This document shows positions 38,291 through 49,692 of a DNA stretch of 64,000 nucleotides, in pieces. The DNA comes from Octopus bimaculoides (Eukaryota). The stretch spans positions 17,894,630 through 17,958,629 of the forward strand of contig NC_069008.1 in the NCBI RefSeq assembly GCF_001194135.2, in the 5' to 3' direction. The notes beneath the pieces were generated by a model that had not been told where the DNA came from, made no database searches, and saw nothing but the letters and a program-made list of their open reading frames with translations. Position 1 is the stretch's first letter; every line of letters begins with the position of its first letter. A program made the translations under genes and the position numbers.

Positions 38291-38738
38291 AGGCGCAGGG
38301 GTGGCTGTGTGGTAAAAAGCTTGCTTACCAACCACATGGTTCCGGGTTCAGTCCCACTGCGTGGCACCTTGGGCAAGTGTCTTCTACTATAGCCTCGGGC
38401 CAACCAAAGCCTTGTGAGTGGATTTGGTAGATGGAAACTGAAAGAAGCCCGTCGTATGTATGTTTGTGTGTCTGTGTCTGTCCCCCCCCAACCATTGCTT
38501 GACAACCGATGGTGGTGTGTTTACGTCCCCCGTAACTTAGCAGTTCGGCAAAAAGAGACCGATAGAATAAGTACTAGGCTTACAAAGAATAAGTCCTGGG
38601 GTCGANNNNNNNNNNCAAAAAGAGACCGATAGAATAAGTACTAGGCTTACAAAGAATAAGTCCTGGGGTCGATTTGCTCGACTAAAAGGTGGTGCTCCAG
38701 CATGGCCACAGTCAAATGACTGAAACAAGTAAAAGAGT
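38291..38738 (+). mobile_element. tRNA-derived composite SINE (family A head plus B tail), representative copy
   Basis: Box A TGGCTGTGTGG, box B GGTTCAGTCCC, then CTTGGGCAAGTGTCTT...GAAACTGAAAGAAG, a microsatellite, and GCTTGACAACC...GACTGAAACAAGTAAAAG. Many other full or partial copies (e.g. 1175, 2390, 3445, 12258, 14522, 19385, 23535, 28910, 36820, 51640, 54190, 55193, 57990, 63835). Confidence 0.9.
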
Positions 38739-39389
38739 GAAGAGTATAGTATATAGTGTAGACATTCAAAGATCGTCCACCATTTTCTCAAATCCTGCTG
38801 CATTTCTCATGGAATTTTTCTCGTCTGCCAAACTTGTCTTGGTGTAGAAGTCGACCTACCTTTTTTTAGGCGGCAAATTTTTGTCTGAAAAATTTGTCAT
38901 GCATGCAGGAAAAAGCAGTAACACTCGAAGGAACATGGTTATTAAAACGGTTCTGGTGTAATTTGAACTTAGAATATTTAGTGTTGTAAATATTTTGGTC
39001 ACATGCTTTGCCAATTGTGTTAATTTGCTAATAAAATTCAAGGAAAACATTTAATAAAACAGAAAAGGAAACAGGATCTTGTTTTTTGGGGTTGTGGTTG
39101 TTGTTTTAGGTCTGGTTCTGTAAGATAAAGTATTTCATTACTCACACACAGAGTATGTGTGTATATATATATATATATACACACCACATGATCCTTCACT
39201 CCTTCAGCTGCATTCATTTTTTTTTTCCAACTAAGAGGATGTAAATCTTTTGCCTCTCGTTAGTTTCTCTGGTGAAAAAAATCAGACATTAGATTTCCTC
39301 CTCCTGGTAAGATTTCACTGGTCTCTTTTTATAGATTTCACTACATATACACACTCATACTTCTCAGACAAATCATATTTGCATTGTAG

Positions 39390-39530
39390 AACTCCAGCAG
39401 CCTGGTTCCCTCCTCACTGTGGAAACCAAAACCATAGCCTCCATGTACACGATGGAAGACCCCTGCATGCTATCCAACATGCCCATTGAAGTTGCTAGCC
39501 ACAAAGAGGTCCCTGTCATTTATCGACAAG
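39390..39530 (+). CDS. Candidate late WDR49 exon (ELQQPGSLLTVETKTIASMYTMEDPCMLSNMPIEVASHKEVPVIYRQ)
   Basis: TGTAG acceptor (alternative TCTCAG at 39367), G|GTAGTC donor, open frame, unique sequence; homology weak. Confidence 0.45.
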
Positions 39531-40380
39531 GTAGTCTGCAAGAGGGTGTCATAAAATTGGTCTTTAAAAGAAAAAAATGCTCCCATCCCCCACACACTTT
39601 CCATGAAGGTGCATTAAAAAATTATATATATATATATATACATACATGTATTGTGTCCTCAAACATATTTGTATATATTGCTATAGAGGCAGACATTGTG
39701 TATATACAGCTATAATTATTATATATGCACATATATCTATGTACATGAATAATGAATCATTAATTTAATTATGTAGCTGGTAATTACTAATTAATTGTCA
39801 ATTTCCATGAATGAGAGCCAAGCAGTTCATCAGTCTGCCATGTTGGAAGAGAGTCAAATTTAATTAAAAAAAAAACAAAAAAAGAAGACATTAACAGACC
39901 CTCACCATGTTGCTTAATTACCTCATTCGTTAATAGACAGACCTCTACGTAATTGTCTCCAATCACCGTTGACCGCACCTTCGCTTGTGTGAACAGCTTT
40001 TCGTATCCTTGTTTCTCCACCCTCCATTCACCCGATACTTTGGCCTCATCATCGTTTAACATCAGCTTTCAAGGCTGGCATGGGTTGGACGGTTGTACTC
40101 TCATAACATTCCCTCCCTCCAAATTTCAGGCCTTGTGTCTGTAGCAGAAAGGAGATTACAACTACTAGGCAGGGAGCTGGTAAAGCCTTAGCACACCAAT
40201 CAAAATGCTCCATGTTCTGAGTTCAAATCCTGCCAGTGTCAACTTTACCTTTCATTGTTTTGGGGTTGATAAAATAAGTACCAATTGAATACTGGGGTTG
40301 ATGTAATCGACTTAGCCCTCCACCAAACTTGCTGGTTTTGTGCCTAAATTTGAAACCATTATTATTATTATTATTATTAA

Positions 40381-40602
40381 CCCTTTTGATACCAACCCGG
40401 CTGAAACCCCCTCTGGCTCTGTAGTACAAAGGTCTTGTTTTCATAAGTTTTGAATTAAAATCTTCCACCAAACCTGAGTCACAATTTATGTTCCTAACAC
40501 TAGCTTAATGATAACGAAGTTATTTTACTAAATTCTTTGTTATATTTAAAATAATTGAAAAGAAACACAGAGCATCTCAACAGAAATAAGGTGACAAAAG
40601 GG
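40381..40602. mobile_element. piggyBac-type MITE, 222 bp
   Basis: TTAA on both sides; CCCTTTTGATACC / GGTGACAAAAGGG termini. Confidence 0.85.
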
Positions 40603-40754
40603 TTAAGAAGAAAAATAATCAGCAGAAGACACGAGAGAAGGAGACCTTGATGTGGTCACTCTATATGCTAGAAATAATAGCCTAAATTTCCTTCCATCCA
40701 CACCCTTCCAACTGCTTCTGATGTGCATCTGCCCAAATGTAGAGATGTGTTTAA

Positions 40755-40950
40755 GGCAACAAACTGGCAGAATCCTTAATGTCAGACAAAATGCTTAGAG
40801 ACATTTTCATCCATCCGTTCTGAGTTCAAGTTTCACTGAGGTCGACTTTGCCTTTCATCTTTTTGGGGTTGATAAAATAAGTACCGGTTGAGCATAGGGG
40901 TCGATGTAATCCACTAGCCACCCCCTCACCAAATTACAGGCCCTGTGCCT
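40755..40950 (+). mobile_element. tRNA-derived SINE, family C, representative copy
   Basis: CTGGCAGAATC...GTTCTGAGTTCAA...GTCGACTTTGCCTTTCATC...GATAAAATAAGTACC; other copies near 4095, 9830(-), 11590(-), 16910, 40165, 47615, 54720. Confidence 0.8.
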
Positions 40951-41137
40951 TGTGGTAGAAAGAATTTTGAAGAAAATGAAGAATTCTCTGATGAAAGAGA
41001 AAATTCTTCTCTTTTCATGTAATTCATTTTTGTTCTTCAACAGAATTATTTCAGGACTTTGTGTTTGATGTTGAAAATTTTCAACAAGACATTAAAACTT
41101 AATATGTTTAGTATCAAATTTCTATTGCTGTTTTCAG

Positions 41138-41184
41138 AATGTGGGTCACTTCTGTTCCCTAGAGAGAAATTTATTCTGTCTTAA
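41138..41184 (+). CDS. Candidate terminal WDR49 exon (ECGSLLFPREKFILS*)
   Basis: GTTTTCAG acceptor, phase 1 compatible with 39530; LFP(K/R)E resembles the WDR49 C-terminus. Confidence 0.4.
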
Positions 41185-42280
41185 ATGTAGAAAAAAATCT
41201 CAGATTAATGATAGGGATAATGAGAGATGAAAACGAGATCTGGGCTTCTGTTTGAAAACTTAGCCTTTTTTTGTTTATTTTTGCACTGAACTCCATTTCC
41301 AAAATGGCAATGTGGTGCACTAAGTGGCTTGCAAGGAAGTGGCCATTGTTGTACACACTCACACATACGTGTGTGGCTGTGAGTGTGAATACGTAGGTTT
41401 CAGAGCAAAGTTTTAGCTGAAATCTACACGTATTGAGTTCTACATCTGGTTATTAGTCTCACAATACCTAAGCAAAATATGTGAATATCTAAACAAATAT
41501 AAACATCATCATGCATTATATATATTTCTTTAAATATTTTTAATATACCCAGGCCAATTCCCCATTTTTTTAGGAGGGGGTGGCCACAACAAGACACACA
41601 CCAAGCATTCCATTCATTTCCCAGCTCAAAGAGGCAAGTCCCATTCTATGCTCGGGTCAAGGCATAGAACACAACCCTCAATATCAGTAGCGCGGCCCGA
41701 CAGCATATGTTGGTTTACCCCTGCTGCATCAGTCCCTCCGTGGGAGCAAAGGGACTGGGAATCCACTCCTAGTAATTTCATATTCCTGAAAAGACAACAA
41801 CAATGCATTATATATATATATATATATATGGTTCCGGGTTCAATCCCACTCCAGCTGGCCATCTCCTGTCAAACTGTCCAACCCATACCAGCATGGAACA
41901 CGGACGTTAAAAGATGATGATGATGATATATATATGCACATTATTTACACACCAGACTTGATGGCATAGAAGACATTCTTTTTACCTAAAAAAAATCTCA
42001 AAAATATTTCCCTGGGTCCTCTATGCGAAGCTGGGCCTCTCATAAGCTGAAGCTGTTGTGTGTCTAACATACCTTTGTGTCTTTTATGCCATTAGATAAG
42101 TGGCAATGGATGTGGTATGTGTACAGCAAAATTACTGTATTGGCTTCAGCTCTTGAGAGTATCCATGTGAAATTCTTGCTGCTTTGTGATTCAATATGGT
42201 TCTCTGCAACCAGCAGAGGTGGATTATATATATACAATACAATGAGCACGCCAATTATGAGAAAAAAAACCAAACAAAAT

Positions 42281-42484
42281 CATGAAACATAAATTTGGTA
42301 TTCATTCATTTCATCTGTTACACATGTTTCTGCAGTCGACCCTGTCCAAAAATGTGATCAGTATGAATTAAATGCTCTTTGTCCATTACATTTAAAACTG
42401 CATTTATAATTTTTCCATCATCAATCGTTTCACACAGAAACGTGTAACCGATGAAATAAAAGAACACCAAATTCATGCTTCATG
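42281..42484. repeat. Foldback/MITE-like inverted repeat with arms of about 50 bp
   Basis: 42281-42332 is the imperfect reverse complement of 42435-42484. Confidence 0.75.
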
Positions 42485-43064
42485 TTTTTCTCTCATAACA
42501 CACACACACACACATACACACATGATCCCTTTCAGAACAATGAATCTTGAAGTGGATAAAGTTATAAATAATAAATATTGGGTTAAAAAAAACTCTTTAA
42601 ATAGAAAAGTCAAAGGCCGCCCATGGTAGATTGCCAGTCATGTTTACAAGGGCTGTGGGTATCTACTTCAGAGACAGCCTTCCTTTTTTTTCCAATCCGA
42701 AGAGAATTTTAACACAGTATTTACATGCTGTTATATATAGCTCTATGTGCTTCAAGACTCAATGCTCCAAAGAAAAATTATTTCACATTCTCTTGAGATT
42801 TCAAAATTCTTATGGCATTAATATACTTACACGTATTTTTGTTATATATACACAATACATACACTGGTGTGTTTTTATAAACACATTTATACATTTACTT
42901 ATACACACAAACACGCACACACCTGTGTGCTTTCCTTTTTCCTTCTTTGTTTCTTGTTTTTTTTTTTTACACATTTAAAGAGAATCCTCAGAAAACTGAA
43001 TTTTGTTGTTGTACGTGTTGTTGTATGATTTATTTGTGTCTTTGCTGTTCCCTTCCCCCGCCTT

Positions 43065-44837
43065 TTAATCCACTTCAGGGTAGGGGATAGGCATAAAAAG
43101 TTGGTGAGGAGTAAGGTCTTTGGGGTAGCAGGATAACACCTGTGACCATTCTGTCTGTAGGTCGTAGGGGGTGTGTCCATGTGAGGTGAGCACATAATTT
43201 CGGAAGAGACAGCTGTCGAAGGGTACCAGCATGTTGCTGAAACCCTGAATGTTCACCGGGTAGATGTTAAATTTTTCCAGGCAGAGGGCGACATAGACAT
43301 CTTCCAAGTAAAAGAAACCAATTACCAGTGACATGTTGATGATATTCTTAACAAGGTCCTGACTCATTATGTAGCCGGTGCCTGAGCACATTGGTGGGAA
43401 CGTGGCACTCGGGTACATCTCGTAGGGGACATACCACTTTGAGCTACTGTCCCGATGTGGGGTGGACACACCCCAACAATAACCACCGAGGAACCTCGAT
43501 TTCGGAGATGCTAGTAACATCTTTGTGATGAGCGGCGTGTTCACATACATGTCGTCATCTGTTTTCATGACGTATTTAGCATTTGAGCAGAACGTGTTGA
43601 CCCAGTGGAGGCCAGACAGGGTTTTGTACGTGAGGTTTGCGTATGCATCAACAAAATCAATTTGTACAATGTCTTGGTTTAACCAATATTCATGTTCTGC
43701 CAGTGTATTTTCGTGTGGGTTGTTGCTTTTACCCAGCAAAAACACCACTCGCACATTGCTGGAGCTTACTTGACTGATGGCACCCCATGTCTTGCGAATG
43801 GCGTTGCGAGACTCCTGATTACTTGGTGGAGACTCCACAAGAATCACCAGCCGCACGTCTGTGTGGCAAATGTCCTCGACGTTCAGGTCGTACTGGAAGC
43901 CTGACGACAAACAGTCTTGACATAACTTACCCGTTAAAATGTGATCAGGAGGATCCATCGCTGCCCTCGATAAAGCATCCTCGAGATTATTCCGGCTGGC
44001 GAGAGCTTTTTTACGCTCCACTGGTGCATGGAAATTGTGAATGTCTTCGACGAACACACCCGACAATCGGTTAGGATTTTGTTGTTGTGAGGGTTTCGAC
44101 GAAACGCTCGGGGAATTTAGTTTCTGTTTCAAGCTTTTCAAATTATTCAAAGACTGTCGGAATTTCTCCGCCGAAACTAGCAAAGAGCTGCTGTCGTTGT
44201 TATTATTTCTGTAATTGTTGTTTGATGAACCTAAATTGTTGGATTGCTTTGGAAGAAACTGAAGTTTGTTGTTAGCATTGTCCTTGTACTTATTGCCGAC
44301 AACAGAACTGGAGTTTGAACTCTTGTCAATAGATTTAACATGTTTTGTATCAATACTGTTGTTGTTGTTGTTGTTGTTGGTATTGTTGTGATTGCTAGTA
44401 TTAACATGTGTGTTAGAATACTTATTTAGATGATGTATTAATTTATTTTTGAGCAGGCTTCCCTGTTTGTTCTCACTGTTACTGCCAGACTCGGCACTCG
44501 ACACCGATTCTATGTGTTCTTTCAATTTGGTGTTGGTTTTTGTCTTGTGAGCGTCTTTGGCTAGGATAGCATCCTGATGCTGGTGAGCCAGGTTCCGCAT
44601 GATAGTTCGTTGGGTCTTGTTGTGTACGATGCGCAGGTAATTCTCTAAGGAAGTCAATGGGATGTTAAGGGTGTCCGATTTAGAGAGCCGGTCAACCGTA
44701 CCAAGACGGTCCCCTTCTCGTATCGGTTGGTGTGGCGTCTGTCGAAACAGCTGCCAAGAAAAGATGCAGACAATGACACTGAGAAGAAGACAAATGGCAA
44801 AGAAATATCCTTTCGTCCGCTGTAACCGTGACAACAT
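43065..44837 (-). CDS. B3GALT1: Beta-1,3-galactosyltransferase (GT31, B3GALT1-like), single-exon CDS of about 590 aa
   Basis: Uninterrupted ORF. N-terminal TM anchor (YFFAICLLLSVIVCIFSW) follows ATG 44837. GT31 motifs RNAIRKTWG, VFLLG, DFVDAYANLTYKT, MKTDDDMYVN, KWYVP, FPPMCSGTGY, EDVYV. Paralog assignment is uncertain, and the ORF is open upstream to 44918. Confidence 0.95.
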   Translation of the reverse strand: MLSRLQRTKGYFFAICLLLSVIVCIFSWQLFRQTPHQPIREGDRLGTVDRLSKSDTLNIPLTSLENYLRIVHNKTQRTIMRNLAHQHQDAILAKDAHKTKTNTKLKEHIESVSSAESGSNSENKQGSLLKNKLIHHLNKYSNTHVNTSNHNNTNNNNNNNSIDTKHVKSIDKSSNSSSVVGNKYKDNANNKLQFLPKQSNNLGSSNNNYRNNNNDSSSLLVSAEKFRQSLNNLKSLKQKLNSPSVSSKPSQQQNPNRLSGVFVEDIHNFHAPVERKKALASRNNLEDALSRAAMDPPDHILTGKLCQDCLSSGFQYDLNVEDICHTDVRLVILVESPPSNQESRNAIRKTWGAISQVSSSNVRVVFLLGKSNNPHENTLAEHEYWLNQDIVQIDFVDAYANLTYKTLSGLHWVNTFCSNAKYVMKTDDDMYVNTPLITKMLLASPKSRFLGGYCWGVSTPHRDSSSKWYVPYEMYPSATFPPMCSGTGYIMSQDLVKNIINMSLVIGFFYLEDVYVALCLEKFNIYPVNIQGFSNMLVPFDSCLFRNYVLTSHGHTPYDLQTEWSQVLSCYPKDLTPHQLFMPIPYPEVD

Positions 44838-45719
44838 ATTTGTTGTGTGGTTCGTCAGGGAGGGGAGGAAAAAAAATATACGGCAGACATGCAGTTGGAA
44901 TTTGAATGGGTCAAGCAAGACCAGTGGAGGGGGGTCAGGAAGAGAGAGAGTCAGACATGTAGAGTGAAGTGGGTATTTTAAGGGGTCTCAAGAGGGATTG
45001 ACAATTTCAAGGGGTCAAGACAGACTGGGAGTGTAGTGGTGTGAGGGATTGTGTTTTGGGGGAGAGACAAACATAAGGGGGCTATTTTAGAGGGGTTAAA
45101 AACCTGAGAAAGGGAATGTTGGTGAGAGGGAAAGAAAGCGATTGAGTGAAGTGAAGAAAATTGAAGAAGGGGTATTAGAAAAGATGTAAGCAAATATGGG
45201 AAGGGTCAACTAGTTTTTGAAGGTGGGGGTAGTTTCCTCTCAAGGTGTTGGGTTGTACTCTGAGTACTTTTCTGTTTGTGATGGTGGTGGTGAAAAAAGT
45301 GATGGGGGTAGTGACAAAGTAGGAATGAATGAAGATCAAGGATCAATTTCTTTAGCCTGGACCCTTCAGGGCAGCACTCAAGTAATATTATTATTATTAT
45401 TATTAATAAGCACTAATTTATGTCAGGAGTTGAGGGTGGACAAGTGGTCGGTCATCGGTCTTCCAAATTCTGCTGTTTTTGTTGGTGCCTTGTGGAACAC
45501 TTCAACTGGTCAGCCACACGTAGATGTGGAACTTTGCCAAACTCCATATTCTTCATTTTCTCAACCTAAAAAACACAAAGGGACAAAATTTAAAATAATA
45601 ACAATTAATAATAATAATAATAAAGATTTGTAAAAGAAAATGAAAATATAGCTGTAATTAAGAAAAAGTTGATTAGTCGCATCACCCCCACCGATGCATA
45701 AATTCTGGCAAACGGGCAG

Positions 45720-46170
45720 CCGAATTGGATGCTTGTGTTGCAGGAACTGGTACAGGGATGCACCAATGCCAGCATTCGAGTTTAAGAAAAGGAGAAGTTG
45801 GCAAAAAGAAGAAAGCGGAACTCGCTGCCTTCAATTTGGTTTTTGAGCCTATCCTGACTTATGGTCAAGAATGTTGGGTAAAGACCAAAACAGAAGAATC
45901 AGAAATACAAGTGGCACAAATGGGGTTTGTCTGACGGATCTCCAGGGTGTGTAGCTCAGAGATCAGCGAGTCTGTCCAGATTGAGCCACTTCTCTGCACT
46001 GAGAGGTCACAGCCCTGGTATTGCAGATGTGTGACTAGGACGTCACAAGACAGATTCTTCAAGCCAAGCCAATCAGCAGAAGGCTGAGGGGTAAACCAAG
46101 AACGAGATGGTTGGATGATATCAAAATGTCTTTGTTGGTTGTCTTTGGGAATCCAATAGGAATGTTTAAT
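45720..46170 (+). mobile_element. RTE-1-type LINE remnant
   Basis: KAELAAFNLVFEPILTYGQECWVKT...IQVAQMGF...IEPLL...GKPRTRWLD. Confidence 0.75.
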
Positions 46171-46684
46171 GATGGTTGTTTCTGAAATGGGGTTCCCCTC
46201 AAAGGATCTCCGGAGTAACATCATGTGGCAGGATACCCAGCTCAAAGATCAGGGTGTATGTCTAGCGGGAGCAGTTATTTCTCTGCGCTGAGGGGTCACA
46301 ACTCCAGTACTGTGGACATGGGATTGGAATGTTGCAGGAAATAATCGCAAAATGGATTCTTGAAGCTGAACCAACTGGCAAGTGACCAAGAGGATCATAA
46401 TAAATGAATGGCTAACTCAAGTTAATAAACAAGCAGGTCGGAGAAAACTTATCGTGCCAAAGCCATGAACAGTTACAAAGACTGACTGCAGATATATACA
46501 TATATACATATATACATATAAGTAGTTGTATACTGCCAACTTAACGTGACAGTCCCAATAAGGGAATACACTACTGCTGTTTAGCCCTAGGAAGCCAGAC
46601 CACTTCCTATTAGGCCTTGACACATTTCCTGTGCCCTTATCCTTATGAGGGGGAGCCAAACTCCTCCACCCAGCCTAGCCTGCA

Positions 46685-46727
46685 TTCAGAGACATGTTTC
46701 TGAGTCTTTGCTCGTCATCAGCCTGAA
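46685..46727 (-). ncRNA. Minimal type I hammerhead ribozyme-like motif
   Basis: Minus strand reads UUCAGG-CUGAUGA-CGAG CAAAGA CUCA-GAAAC-AU-GUC-UCUGAA: canonical core, 6-bp stem I, palindromic ACAUGU stem III, GUC site. Stem II has one C-A mismatch. Confidence 0.6.
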
Positions 46728-47803
46728 GTAGCATGACTGGCTAGATGAAAAAGCCTGTCTCACTCTCGTAAGGATATACTATTTCAGTGAAATACTTGCT
46801 TGTTGTTCCTACACCTGTCTTTGTCTTTCCATAAATTTGAACTCTGACCATCATCAAGCCTAATTGTGTTTCTCTACTTTACCAGAACTCACAATGGCTT
46901 ATGAGATTGCATCTCGGATGCATGTGTATATCTCTCGTACAACTCTGTATATTGATTTGTCTGTGTGTCTGTAATTGTAAGCATTAGAACATGTCTACAT
47001 GTACAGTGATATATGAGTGAATGTCCATATACACGGATATACTAATCTCAACCCTAACTTGGTGTCCCCGATTCATAATAACCTTACAGATAATTAATTA
47101 ACTAATTACTTATATATATATATATCTGTGTGTGCGCTTGTGTAACTATTGATGTCAACAGTTGATGGAAGTCCTAGGCAAAGACACAAACAGTGACAAC
47201 AATAAAAAACAACCAATACATGTTCAGACTATTTTTAAGACAATGAGAGAGCACACAATAGATTATCAGCAGCAGGGTATCGATAATGGTACAGATCAAA
47301 AGTAGAATATTGATTGGTTGAGTTGAGTTTTAATAAATGAGATAATGCCATGAAGATTTTTTTTTTCCCCAATTGAAGAAAAAAAAATTGAATTCCAATA
47401 ATAGCTACCAATCAGTTTTATTAGATGTTGTCCAAACAGCCATCAATTTAAATCTGCCAGGGATGGGTTTATATCTTCACCCATTATTCGTTTTGTCAGA
47501 GAATAATAAAAGTTTTAGGTTTTTGATTAATGGGAGTTTACAGGTTGTTACATTTATTGAAATCTTACCACTCCAGCATGGCCACAACCTTAGAGTTGAA
47601 GTGTATAAAAGAATTGAAGAAAGGTGAACTGGCAGAATCATTAGCACACCAGTCAAAATGCCCAGTGGCCATTTCATCCGTCTTTATGTTCCGAGTTCAA
47701 ATTCTGCCAAGGTTGACTGCCTTTCATCCCTTCAGGGACCAATATAATGGAGTCATCCCGACCTCCACAGTCATTCTTATACAACAGATACAGTCTTACA
47801 CTC

Positions 47804-47844
<41 letters not shown>

Positions 47845-48062
47845 CATTCATTTGTACACATATATACACATGCACACACGTACACATTTAATATATGCTT
47901 ATACATACAAATACTACACATGTATATAGTCACATACTTGAGAAAGTGGGGGGGGGGGAATAAATACAAAAAATATACAAGAAATGTCAAGACATATGAA
48001 TGGCTTGTACATGGACATAATACAAAAAGCAGGTTCGATCTTAGCATAACGATACCATCCTG

Positions 48063-48940
48063 ATGGTTGTCAAATTCCTAGATGTATCTTTAGATTTAAA
48101 TAAGAATATTTACAAACTCTATAGAAAGCATAACAATAGAGTTAGTTATATTAATGTAGGTTCGTGCCTACCCTCCATAGTGTTTAAGAATATAGTTAAA
48201 AATATTAGGAGAATTTCTAGCCTCTCCTCTGATATAATAATAATGTTGCCCCAATATATAATAAAGTTCTTAAAGATTGTGGCTTTAGAGAGTAAATAAC
48301 TTATGTACCTGGTATTCGTCCAGAAATAAAGAAAAGAAAACAACGGGAATAGGAAAATTATCTGGTTCACAACTGCTTAATCTTCTGAAGTGACCTTTAA
48401 GATTAGTATATATTTCTTATCACTTCGACACTTCCCAAGAAAACAAATACAGGAAGCTCTTCGATAGGCAAAACCTAAAACTTAGTTTTAGTTCAACCAC
48501 AAATTTTAAAAATATAATTACACACAACACAAAAAAAGCAACAACATGAAGCTGGCTGTTCTAGCAGAGATTAAGACTTGTGCCCGCTAAATGGAGCTTG
48601 CATGACCGAGACCATCATTTATGAAGCCACCGTATATACCACGACCGCTAAGGACACAGTTTCGTCCAAGAAATATGTGGGTTTCATAGAGGGAAATTTT
48701 AAAGCTAGGTTCAACAATCACACCTTAAGGTTCAGACACTGGGATAAAAGAAGAACAATCAAATTATCCAGTTATATATGGTCCTTAAAAGAAGAAGGTG
48801 TCAGTTATAAGATTCACTGGAAGATCTTGGCCAAGTGTAAACCTTACACCAATGGCAGTGGAAAGTACGCTCGTTGCGATATGGAAAGATGGCTCACCTG
48901 GAAAAGTTTTTTTGACCCCGCTACATGTCTAAATTCCATA
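48063..48940 (+). mobile_element. Penelope-like element remnant (RT thumb plus GIY-YIG)
   Basis: VKFLDVSLDLNKNIYKLYRK...YINVGS; CPLNGACMTETIIYEATV...KKYVG...FKARFNNH...LSSYIWSLKE...WKILAKCKPY. Confidence 0.85.
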
Positions 48941-48968
48941 TTTTGCCATATGTGGATCATGTCCACAT

Positions 48969-49147
48969 AGGCGCGGGAGTGGCTGTGTGGTAAGTAGCTT
49001 GCTTACCAACCATATGGTTCCGGGTTCAGTCCCACTGCGTGGCATCTTGGGCAAGTGTCTTCTACTATAGCCTCGGGTCGATTAAAGCTTTGTGAGTGGA
49101 TTTGGTAGACAGAAACTGAAAGATGCCCATCGTATATATGTATATGC

Positions 49148-49184
<37 letters not shown>

Positions 49185-49372
49185 TGTGTCCCTAGCATTG
49201 CTTGACAACCGATGCTGGTGTGTGTTTATGTCCCCGTCACTTAGCGGTTCAGCAAAAGTGACTGATAGAATAAGTACTAGGCTTACAAAGAATAAGTTCC
49301 GGGGTCGATTTGGTTGACTAAAGGTGGTGCTCCAGCAGGGCCGCGGTCAAATGACTGAAACAAGTAAAAGAG
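48969..49372 (+). mobile_element. tRNA-derived composite SINE (A+B), second full copy
   Basis: Highly similar to 38291-38738; abuts the Penelope-like remnant. Confidence 0.9.
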
Positions 49373-49657
49373 TATATATATATATATATATATAAGCACC
49401 ATCCGAATGTGGCCAATGTCAGTAACCCCTGACTGGCTCCTGTGTCAGTGGCATGTAAAAAGCACCCACTGCATTCTCGGAGTGGTTGGGGTTATGAAGG
49501 GCATCCAACTGTAGGAACATTGCCAGATCAGACTGGGGCCTGGTGCAGCCTTCTGGCTTGCCAGTCATTCAATCAAACCGCCCAACCCATGCCAGCATGG
49601 AAAACGGACGTTAAACAATGATGATGATGATGATGATATATATATTTATATTTGCTG

Positions 49658-49692
<35 letters not shown>

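Noticed and set aside
38291-38370. tRNA gene-like A/B boxes (also families C and E)
   Set aside because: These are SINE heads that continue into repeat bodies; I could not build a full cloverleaf.
38548-38670. Tandem duplication inside a SINE
   Set aside because: The same 10-N overlap artefact.
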